In this document: positions 53,352 through 64,000 of the stretch, one piece after another | How the letters are laid out: each line of letters opens with the position of its first letter | Position numbering within the stretch: the stretch's first letter is position 1 | From: Eledone cirrhosa | Taxonomy: Eukaryota | Reading direction: 5' to 3' | Length of the DNA stretch: 64,000 bases | Assembly (NCBI GenBank): GCA_964016885.1 | Contig: OZ024742.1 | Span: 127,224,001 to 127,288,000, forward strand | Notes under the pieces: model-generated | The model's input: only the letters and a program-made list of their open reading frames with translations | The model's database searches: none | Told to the model about the DNA's origin: nothing | Translations under genes and position numbers: made by a program

Positions 53352-54432
53352 GTGAGAATTTTAAAACTTGTTTCATACTTTCTGTTATGTTAATGTTGTA
53401 TTTACTTTTTATTAAGTCAAAGCATATAAATAAATTTACAGTAGAATAACATAACAAATATGTTTTAAATATATACATAAATAACATTACAAATGCTTAG
53501 ATAACATTATAATTTGCTCGCTATTCATTCATAAAGATATACTCTTTTAATGTTACAATATTAAAGAAAACGTAAAGGAAGGGGGGAACAACGGAGCCAA
53601 CACCAGAGCAAAAGACAGCAACGTCGCGAGGAATAATGGGAAACCTCTCTAATGATTTTTGAGGCAAGCCAACACACGCGCAGCGTTGCCTCGGGTAATG
53701 GCGAGGCTAATGCGCTGGAATAACCAAGCACCCTCGTGAGAGATTCGCCAGTGAAGAGAGGAACCTCGCAATCAGCGGCCCGACTTCCCCAAACGTCTCG
53801 AAAGCCACAGGCTGAAAAATGTAGCTGGCCGACAGATCACAGTATTTGAGGGTCTTACGCCGCTAGACTGCGGAAGCTGTGGTTCTGGCTCTAACCGCAG
53901 CATCCAGGATGTGGGAAGATGTTGTATTTTAGATCTTATTAACAAATTGTTTTTATCCTAAAATTACTAGGTGGGTCGTTAGAAAATCACAATTGATTTT
54001 GTGTTGTTGTTTAGTTCTTCAAATCAGAATAGACTGCCCTTTTTCAGACGCCAGGAAGGATATATAAAAATAGTCTCGCTGTTTATACTAGTTAATTTAT
54101 ACCCATCGACAGACAGATTGATTCGACCATGAACAGTTAAATATCTTTACCTGAGGCAAATCAATGCTAGTAGAGTGGATATATACTGTAATACAAGCCA
54201 CAACTGTCCACCGAATGATTTTCCATCGAAACTACTTTTCATAAAATAACTTTGAAAATTTTTTTTTTCAAGTTCGGTTACTATTTTTTAAAATAAATTT
54301 TTAATTGGTATTTTTAATTATCTTTTATATGAAATCATTTTATATTTAAACTCATTCTATATTCTAAAATGCTTTACAAAATAATATTGATTCTATCAAA
54401 AGTAATTTCGATAAAATGTCGCTCGATGAAAA

Positions 54433-55223
54433 TCTATATACATAAATGGCAATTTCTGTCTGTTTGTTTGTGAACCTAAAACTCAAAAACTACCAAACCG
54501 ATCTTGATGAAACTTGACACGCGTGTGGCTTTCATGCCCATTTGATTTCTTGCGTATATTTCATTCTTATCAAAGGGTTCCCCGGGGGCTCAAACCCCTG
54601 CTGAAAACTTTTTCCCTTCGATTTATATGAAATTTAAACCATAGGTAAATGACAAGAGGTGATGCCTATTCACAAAATTTCACAAAATATAAATGGCAAT
54701 TTCTATGTTTGTGTGTGCGTTTGTGGATTTGTTTGTGAACCTAAAACTCAAAAACTACGAAATCTTTCTTCATGAAACTTGACACGTGTGTGGGGCTCAT
54801 GCTCATTTGATTTCCTACGTACTTTGAAGTTTTAAAAAATCGATAATTTCCAGTCTGCATCGATTTTTTTTAAATGAATAGGAAATTTATATGCAAATGC
54901 TCATATGAATGTTATTTTCTGCCATAACATTTAAAGCTCTCAACCGATTTCCTTCAAACATGAAACACAGATAGATTATGTGTTAAGGATGGCTTTTAGC
55001 TAAGGAAAGTTATCCAGACCACTAGAGTAAAGTGTAAGCTGATTTTTGATTAACTGATGAGCGAAATTTGGCTTCAGCTGTTGTGGGCTTAAAATGTTCT
55101 CCTTAAATCAACTTAATATTCTCTGCTTCCTGTAACATTTATTTTTGGTCTGAGAGGCATTGGGCATTTTAATGGGAACTGGGAATACCCCCGTTCCCGG
55201 GTATTACCGGGTACCTCAGCTAG
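54433..55223 (+). mobile_element. Non-autonomous Helitron-like element (second family)
   Basis: 5' end A|TCTATATACATAAA, an internal ~120-bp duplication, and 3' hairpin CCCGGGTATTACCGGG followed by CTAG|T. Confidence 0.8.
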
Positions 55224-55499
55224 TAGTGTATTTATAAAACCATCCTACGAACAGTAGTTTATATAAAAAGGTGGTTTCATGAAAATACACCTACAAAATT
55301 ATTCTACGAAAAGTAGTTTCGTCGAAAAGTTTTGTTGTTTTTTCGTTTTGTTTTTTCAATTAAAAGTTGTTTCTATAATTTGATATTTCCATAAAACATT
55401 TTTTTTATGGGGGGTAACAATTGAGGGCAGGCTAAAACATAAAACATTGTATCCATAAAAATTCGTTTCGAGAAAAGTTTTCTTCTTATTATTATTATC

Positions 55500-55995
55500 A
55501 TTATTCCTGGGAGGGTCGTTGTGGCAGAGTCCTCAGACACGCCTTCTTGAGGATCTTGTCAAAAGCAACAATCTCCAATTGATCCGGCTGGATCCCCAAG
55601 CGAGACCAGCCGAAGTCATGGATGTTATCCGACCATCCTGCTCGTGGTTTTCCCCTGGGTTTCCTGCCGGTCAGCTTTGTCCGTAAAATCTATCCAGCGA
55701 TTCTTTCCTTTGACCGACGTGTATGAGCCGGGTGGCTTGGATCTATAGAAAGGCAGCAAAGTAATGGCAGTCTAGAGTGATAATCCCAATTTTCAAAAAG
55801 GGAAACAAGAACGATTTCTCTCATTATGGAGGAGTCTCGTCGTTAAGCCTCCTCGGTAAAGTCAATTCTAAGTCTCTGGTTAAGAAATGTTGGTATATTT
55901 TGTTTTTTTGTCTCGGACGTAGCACAGCAAATCAATTATTTACATTACGGCAGGTCTTGGAGAAGTCGTGGAAGGTTCTGCAGTAGTATGGGATC
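55500..55995. mobile_element. Rearranged RTE-clade LINE remnant (3' end on minus strand, RT fragment on plus strand)
   Basis: 55500-55720 is an inverted homolog of ~60020-60240. The plus-strand part reads IIPIFKKGNKND..SLLGKV..RSTANQLFTLRQVLEK. Confidence 0.65.
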
Positions 55996-56760
55996 GTTAA
56001 AAAGTCGTTTCTATTAACTGTCGTTTCAATAAAAAGTTATTTCGATCAAAAGTCATGACTGGGTACACTTCTGGTGGTAGACAGACTTACTATCAAATGT
56101 TACTACATGTAACTCTATTCCAACAGTGTGGCTTGCTTAAATCTATGTCCCATAACCTATTTGGTCGACATTCACCATTACAACTTCTGGCTATACAACG
56201 AAAAATTAAATTCAACACTTCTAACAAAATTAACGTTAGTTGAACCTACTATAGAGCCTGCTAGAAATAGTAGAGAAATCTCCCTGAAATTTCACAAACC
56301 TGTCTTGATAAAAGAAAGACACATTAGATAATGTAATACAAGATGACTCTAAACAAATATGATAGTCAAGGCTGGAATGACTTAGATGATGGATTTGCTC
56401 AAACAGAGCTTATCTGGAGCTAAACAGCAATAATAGTTTAACATTTATCTACTGTGAATTACTGACAACTCTTTTTAAACCTACGCTATAGCAAGTCCTT
56501 GTGGAATGGAGAGAGAGAGGGGGGGGAGAAGAGAGAGTTAGTGTGTGTGTGTGTCCCTGTCTTTGTGTTTCTGTGTGTGTCTGTGTGTGTGTCTGTGTGT
56601 ATGTGTGTGAGGGTAGCGAGCACTAAGGGGTATTACTTTTACGACAAATATTCTTTATAAGTGAGTCAAATGTTCTATTTTGGTAGTTTCAGTCATGTTA
56701 AACTTAATCGATTCATTTCGTTGTGTTGTATTTTATTTATTAACTTCTGTATATACAATT

Positions 56761-56813
<53 letters not shown>

Positions 56814-56816
<3 letters not shown>

Positions 56817-57095
56817 GGGCGAAGAGTGCGTGCATGCAACGCATGCAGTGCACGCGTTATAGAATCTTGAGTTGATCAATTGCGTCGGTTGAAGCAAGCA
56901 GAATTTTGGCTGCTTACTAAATCGTAGACACATAGAAAGATAACACACACACACACTAGATAACACTACGTGCGGCTTTGACCGAGAGGGTCATTTAGAA
57001 GGAATTGGGGGGGGGGGGTTAAGGCTGCATAGCCCCACTTTCCGACATGGCGATTGGACTGCATGCCCTGCTTTCCAGGTTACCCTTCGCCACTG
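56814..57095. mobile_element. Small MITE (hAT-like termini) inserted in (TA)n
   Basis: Imperfect TIRs CAG(G/T)GGCGAAG...GCATGCAGT. Confidence 0.55.
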
Positions 57096-57132
57096 ATATA
57101 TATATATATATAACTTAGAAATAAAACAAATG

Positions 57133-58020
57133 TCATGTTGATCTTTCAGTTGACAGCTCAGCCCCTCTCTTAGCACAAACATCCAGCACAGAATCAAAGA
57201 GATCAGAGACAATAGCAAAATCAATTATTGATCTCTGTCCTTGGTTCCCCTTATATTTATGGATGTCTCTGTTCTGGAAGGTGTTCATAATAGAGAGTCC
57301 ATTACTACAACAGAAGTCTAGCAAGGCCTTTCCATTCTTACTTAGATCGGGGTCACCATTCCTTCCAATCACTCCTTTCCACATCAGGTGATCAGTGCCA
57401 ACATGTACATTGAAGTCTCCCTTCAGGATATATGACTCAGTCTTAACAACATCTAACGCTGCAGTGACTTCATCAAGGAAGGATCTGTATTCAGATTCCT
57501 TGTTCGGTGCATAAACTTGCACCACCCACAGAAACCTATCTACGAGCCTAAAATTCAAGAGACAAACCCTCCCTCCTTACGGGGTCCAGTCCATAACACA
57601 TTATGACAGCCGGGGGCTTGTTAGTATCCCCACACCCAGTCATTTCCGGCACCACACCTGAATAGTGCCATTTACATCCTCCATCCAAATCTACAGTATC
57701 AGAGCCACGGAACTTGGTTGAAGAAACCCCGACTATATCTAGCCAGTAGCATCTATCCCCTCCACTAGTTCCTGTTCCTTGCCTGTAAGAGTTGTGATGT
57801 TCCAGGTTCCAACTGTCATGGTTTGCTCCCTTCTGGACCCTCTTTAGGGTCTCGAGATACACAAACTTTGTGTGTCCATCCCACGCCTCCTAGGACAGAT
57901 CGCACACTCATCACCAGCCTTTGCAACATGAAATGGAAACAGTAATATATTTTTCGAACAGACCCCTCTACCTAAGGCCTGAACGCGTCCCTTGTTAACC
58001 CGCGCAAAGGACGGTGTGGT
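57133..58020 (-). mobile_element. RTE-clade LINE 5' portion (5' UTR and APE endonuclease), inverted
   Basis: GTWNI, VVQVYAPN, GDFNVHVG, LLDFC..LSIMNTF, SIIDF and RGAELST. Confidence 0.82.
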
Positions 58021-58079
58021 ATGGTTCTTCTTTGTTTTTCTCATCATATTTCAGTTTCAGTTTTTGTGGTCTTATTCGC

Positions 58080-60260
58080 GCCACTCATCAATCTGTTACT
58101 TTGTTAAACTGCAACTTGTCACTACCTAAAACCAAAGATGCCCACAAAACTGGCAGGTCCAGGGCGACCTACAGAATAAAGTGGGGAGTGTTGGTGGATT
58201 AGGAAGTCAGGACCAGGTATGCAGATAGTATTGCATCCAAATTCAGAGAACTCCCCGAGCAAACTGAGGAGGTTGAGACACAGTGTGGATTGTTTAGTGC
58301 AGCAGTTTCTGTCCCAGCTGTTAAATGCTGCAGGGGAAAGAGGTTTGGTGTGGCATGTGATGGCAGGAAGACTCCTTGGTTCAATCAAGAGGTCAAAGAT
58401 GCCATCTGAGCAAAGAAGAAAGCTTACAAAGCTTGGCTTGGAAATAAGTCCTTCCTCTTGAACTTGCAGTACAAGCAGGCACGAATAATCACAGCAGAGA
58501 CAGTAAAGGCGTCCAAAGTTAAGACATGGGAGGACTTTGGTGTTAAGCTGGAATCCGACTTCATATCAGCAAATAAAGTGTTCTGGCAGACCATCCGCTG
58601 ACTTAGTAATAAGAAGCCCCCTCCACACTTGCTATCAAGAACGCGTCTGGGTTCTCCTCTCTTCAGAGAGGTGCATCCTCGCGAGGTAGAGAGAATACTT
58701 TGCTGATCTAAACCAGATTGCAACAGCATCTTCGGATGTACACGAGGTGCATCTGGGAGCGGTGACTAATCTCTCAGAGGCTAAGGTCACAAGGACTCAA
58801 ATGTGGCAAGGCCACTGAGGAAGATGAAATCCGACCAGGTATTCTCTAGCTGACTCGTCTGTGCCGGGTGGCCTGGATCTCTGGAAAGGCACCTAAGCAA
58901 TGGCAGTCAGGAGTGATAATTCCAATTCTCAAAAAGGAAGACAAGAGAGATTGTTCCAATTACAGAGGGAGCTCCTTGTTAAGCCTCCCCAGTAAAGTCT
59001 ATGCTAAGTGTCTGGCAAAGGGATGCAGGGAGATTGTCGAATCCAAGCTAGCTGATGAACAGTGCGGTTTTCACCCCGAACACAGCACAGCCGACTAAAT
59101 ATTCTCACCGTGGCAGAGCTTGGAAAAATCGTGGGAGTATTGCTAAGAAGTATATTCTTGTTTTGGCGACCTTGAAAAGGCTTATGACCGCGTTCCACGG
59201 GGCCTGTTGTGGAAGGTACTGGAGGAGTATGGGATCGATGGTCAGCTTCTTACTGCCCAGATGTTTCTATACGAATGCCCGAGTATTTGTATTCAGATAA
59301 ATAGGGCTAAATAAAAACCATTCAATGTGGGAGTCAGATTCCGCCAAGGGTGCGTACTGTCACCTCTCCTGTTCATTATTTACATGAACAGGATTAACAT
59401 TCGCAGCTGGGTTGAAAGTGGTATCATGACTGGCAGATGTAAAATCAGTCGACTGGAATTTGCAGATGACATGGTGTTACTTAACTCAACAGAAGGTGAT
59501 CTCCGACTCGCACTTGATTGGTTTGATGCTGAGTGCTGCATGGCTGGAATGAAAATCAGTGCTACGAAAACCGAGACACGTCCTCTCAAGGAAGCCTGTG
59601 CAGTGCACTCTGCATGGGAATGGAGTTCCACTGAAGCAAGTAGAGAAGTTCAAGTATCTTGGGGTCGTGTTCACGAATGATTGAAGGCAGGAGGCTGAAT
59701 TAAGTGCAAGAATTGCAGGAGCTGTTGCAGCAATGCGCCAGCTTCAGCATTCTGTAATCAGAAGGGAGGTGGGCATAAAAGCCAAACTTGCTATCTTCAA
59801 TTAAGTATTCGTGCCAACTCTTACCTATGGTCATGAATCTTGGGTAATGACCAAAAGAATACGATCACGAATATAAGCAGCCAAAATGAGGTTCCTCCGA
59901 AGAGTCTTTGGATTAACGTTACTTGATAGAGTGTAGCTCGGAGATTAGAGAGTCACTCCAGGTAGAGCCGCTACTTCTCTGAATTGAGAGATCAGAACTC
60001 CGATACTATGGGCATGTGGTTAGAATGTCTCAGGAATGAATTGCTGGACAGATTTTACAGGCAAAACCAACGGGTAGGAGACAGGGGTCGACTCCGAGAA
60101 AAATAGTTGGATAACATCCATAAGTTTGGCTGGTCTCTCTTGTGGATCCAGCCGGATCAGTTGGAGACGGTTATTTCAGATTCGACTCGCTGGAAGGAGT
60201 GTTTGAGGACTCTTCCCCCACGACCCTCTCAGGAATAATGGAAGGAAGACGAGGAGGATA
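58080..60260 (+). mobile_element. RTE-clade (Rex3/Expander-like) LINE RT and 3' end, degenerate
   Basis: CSNYRG, EQCGF, DLEKAYDRVP, RQGCVLSPLLF, FADDMVL, FKYLGV and TLTYGHESW. Confidence 0.85.
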
Positions 60261-60449
60261 AAATAATGGCTGGGGGTAATAGGTTGGCAAGAAGAAGAAG
60301 ATTTTTAATACTTGGTGGTTGTTTCTCATTAAATAGTGGAATTTTTACGAGGTCAGCTAGTATGGATAATTATTAGCAATACGTGTGTTTAGCATTTGAT
60401 AATGTTACTGTTGTGTGTTTGAAGAAAAAATAAACGAACTAACAAAGAA

Positions 60450-60605
60450 GCGTCTACGTGGTCACTCGACCTGCTAGAAATAGTTGCATGTCTTGTTGAG
60501 ACATACGCTTCTCAAACAAGTGTTTCTGGATTCGATTCCACTGCATATCACTTTGGGAAGATGTTTTCTCCTATGACCTTGAGGTCATTAAACTGTTGTA
60601 AGTGA
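60450..60605 (+). mobile_element. Degenerate SINE fragments
   Basis: GACCTGCTAGAAATAG (also at ~4175 and ~56257) and B-box-like GGATTCGATTCC...CTTTGGGAAG. Confidence 0.4.
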
Positions 60606-61107
60606 TGTTCCAGCATACATACAGTTTAAACTTGATCCACCCTGCCTAACTTGTTCTGTATCTTTATCTCAATGTAGTATTCCTGATAACATCTCCGGAT
60701 GCTCGACTAAACAAGATACGGAAGTGTTATTAGTATGGTAACCGTGAAGTGAGTAGCGTTGATGAAGATAACAACGATATATGATTGACAGCATCTTCGG
60801 TGAGAAGTTCAGAGGCATAATTTGAATAGGAATCGACTAAAAAGAAAACACTAGGAACTGTGTGTTATGTGGTGCTGGCTTAATCGTTGAGGTACACTAC
60901 CAATGAATCCTCTCATATTTATAATGCCATTGATGAAAACTACGAAGAGGAGGACGGTCCATTTAGCTGAGAACAATGCAATAAGATAGTGGTGGCTACA
61001 ACTGAGGGCAGGCTAAAACATAATTGCCGAAAAGACAAGACTGGCGAGAATATGTGGGGGATCTTTGCATCAGATTGCATTAGAGTTAGCATATGTATGT
61101 ATGTATG

Positions 61108-61141
<34 letters not shown>

Positions 61142-61179
61142 TGTATGTATGTATGTATGTATGTATGTATGTATGTATG

Positions 61180-64000
61180 TTCTTCTGGTTTTATAATTTC
61201 ACAAATTTTTACCAATAGAGAGAGAGTCGGTTTCTAACATAGACACAAGACTCTCTCATTGGAATTTACACAACATCAACTAGGTAGATATGTCTGCATG
61301 TCTGCATGTGTAGATATGGATGTTATTGTATGTGTGGATGTGGATGTTTTGAGTTGTATGTATGCATGTGTATATGCTTAGTATCTGTACATGTGTATAT
61401 GCAGTTATTAGATGCAAAGTTTTGGGATTGTTTTACATATTTTTACTGTTCCATTAATGGAAGACATACTTGTAATTTCCTAACTAGTTGTGTTCTTTCA
61501 GTTCCTGTGAAGCGCAGCTTCTCAAGATTTGTATTGAGGCAGTTACTAACATATCCCAGTGCCCCAATAATCACAGGTATAAATCTGAAGGTGTAATCAG
61601 GGTGGAGTAGCTGTAGATTTCTCATCAGTTCTGCATAAACGTTCTCCTTTTCGCTAATCTTTGATATTATATTGGCATCTGCTGGGCAGCTAATTTCCAC
61701 TACTGTGCATGCTTTCTTCTCCCTGTCCCATATCATAATATCTGGTCTGTTATGCCTGCATTTTATTGGGGTTTTTACTGGAACATTCCACCAGTACTCT
61801 TTCATATTATGTACATGGATGTCTTCCACATTGCTGTAGCTTTTAATGTGTTTATTATCGGGGCTATCTTTTTTACGAACTGCATTGTACAGTGTTTTGG
61901 CCACTACATCATGTTTCATAGGTAGATAGTACCGTGATGACATCTTTAGACAGCTGCTGATGACATGGGTGATAACGTCCATGTTAGTTCTGCAGAGTCT
62001 GCACTTGTTATCACATCTAGGTGTTTTGCCTGCATCCCTATCTCTTTTGTGAATCAGGTATTTCGTGCTAATCTCCTGTTCCTGGATCGCAATGCGTATC
62101 CTTCAAAGTGGGAGCCAATATAGCGGTTGTTGGTCCCATATCATAATATCTGGTCCCATATCATAATATCTGGTCCCATATCATAATATCTGGTCCAATA
62201 TCATAATATCTGGTCCCATATCATAATATCTGGTCTGTTATGCCTGCATTTTATTGGGGTTTTTACTGGAACATTCCACCAGTACTCTTTCATATTATGT
62301 ACATGGATGTCTTCCACATTGCTGTAGCTTTTAATGTGTTTATTATCGGGGCTGTCTTTTTTACGAACTGCATTGTACAGTGTTTTGGCCACTACATCAT
62401 GCCTCATAGGTAGATAGTACCGCGGTGACATTTGTGGACAGCTGCTGATGACATGGGTGATATCCTCGATGTTAGTTCTGCATCTAGGTGTTTTGCCTGC
62501 ATCCCTATCTCTTTTGTGAATCAGGTATTTCGTGTTAATCTCCTATTCCTGGATTGCAAAAGCGTATCCTTCAAAGTGGGAGCCAATATAGCGGTTGTTG
62601 GTCCAAGATAGACTACTTTCCTTATCTATATTACTCTCACTCTGGAGCTTCCTGGCAACATATCCATGCATGAATTTTTGCTGATAAGCATGCAGTTTTT
62701 CATCCATGGATTCACTGCGATACTGCTGAGCGACTTCCCTGGGTGTGAGTTTTTGATTATCACACCGGGAATATCTCTCGAGGAGTTCCTTCCCAACTCT
62801 CATGATCTTATCTGTTTCATGCAGATAGACTTGCTCGAGAAACGGGCTCCTACGCTTCGAGGTTCGTAGATGTTGTCGGAGAGATATGACGCGACATTCA
62901 AATGTTGTCTGGACTGATGTTAAGCCTCTGCCTCCCTGCTTACGTTGCAAGTAAAGGCGGTCTATGTCACTGTTGATGTGGAAGTTTCCGGTGTTGTTTA
63001 GTATTTTTCGAGTTCCAATATCAACTGCTCGGATTTCGTCTATCTTCCAATTCAGTATTCCAAACGTTGGTGTTAGGACAGGCACAGCAAACACATTGTG
63101 AGCCACTGTTTTGCTTTGCGCAGAGAGCTCCGATGACCAGATCTTTCTTAATCGGGTGTAGTATTCCCAGGTTACGCGTTCTTTATTACAGATACCATTA
63201 TAGGATATGTTCTCATCTATCCCCAGGTATCTGTAGCAGTCCTCATCAGATATCGGTGAAAGAGTTAGGCCATTGATGACAATGTTGCTAGATTGGGTTG
63301 TTGTTTTTCCCCGCTTTACAGTCATGTGTGAGCATTTATCTTGGCCAAACTCCATTCCTATATCCTTTGAGAACGTAGTAACCAGGTCAAGATTTTTCTT
63401 CATCTCATCCCTGTTCTTGGCATAGAGTTTCAGATCGTCCACAAAGAAATTATGGGTTAGGTTCGTATTTCTGTCTTCCTGTGAGCCAATGATGTATCCA
63501 CATTTCTTGAGCAGAAAGGACAAGGGGTTTAATGACAAGATGAATAATATCACAGAGAGACTGTCCCCCTGAAATATACCCCTGCAGTATTTTATTTTAT
63601 CAGTGAAAATAGAGTCCTCCCTCTCTGTCTTTAACCTTAGGATAGTAGCCCAAGAAGAAGACAGCCTCTCTATGGCTCTGACAATAATGTCTGGGACTTT
63701 AGCAAGTTGGAGGGCCTCTATCATCCAAGAGTGGGGAACAGAATCGAAAGCTTTCCTGTAGTCCAGCCAGACTGTAGCCATATTCCTCCTAAGTTGTCGC
63801 ACCTCCGACATCGCAGTTTTGTTGATTAGGAGTTGTTCAGCACATCCCCAAACCCATTTCTTTCCAGCTGCTTGTTCATTTGTGATGATGTTATTATTTT
63901 CACAGTGATCTTGGAGGAATAGGTTCAGGCAGGCTGTATACATCTTATACATCAGGTTCTGGCATGCAATGGGTCGGTAGTTTTTTGCCAAGTGGGTGTC
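61180..64000 (-). mobile_element. R4/Dong-like LINE (RT 62543-63991, RLE 61443-61982) with an internal duplication; continues beyond the window
   Basis: NYRPIAC, WLDYRKAFDSVPH, GIFQGDSLS, FFVDDLKLY and HNRPD; the tail runs into (TACA)n at 61090-61180. Confidence 0.9.
62131..62235. repeat. 20-bp tandem repeat x5 at a duplication junction
   Basis: Unit TGGTCCCATATCATAATATC. Confidence 0.95.

Noticed and set aside
55054-55070. CTGATGAGCGAAA minimal hammerhead core
   Set aside because: No convincing stem I, stem III or NUH geometry.

Overview
Eukaryotic, gene-poor, transposon-saturated DNA with long (TA)n/(CA)n/(TATG)n microsatellites. The SINE and simple-repeat content resembles an octopod cephalopod (inference). 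The window holds nested Gypsy, Helitron and Chapaev-like elements, three subfamilies of Tx1/L1-type LINEs (one copy with open ORF1 and ORF2), R4/Dong-, CRE-, RTE- and CR1/L2-type LINE remnants, two Penelope-like (GIY-YIG) fragments, a mariner derivative, MITE/SINE copies, and one probable host first exon for a secreted protein (53121-53351). The most notable signal is a set of non-coding repeats carrying type I hammerhead-ribozyme motifs with minimal palindromic stem III: a 467-bp tandem unit folded into a 1.4-kb palindrome, and a ~1.3-kb unit with ~650-bp direct repeats plus an inverted partial copy. These look like retrozymes or non-autonomous Penelope-like elements. Many fold-back inverted duplications also occur, some centred on ribozyme-like hairpins. 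Boundaries were read by eye and are approximate where stated. Most ORFs in the supplied track are microsatellite or antisense artefacts.
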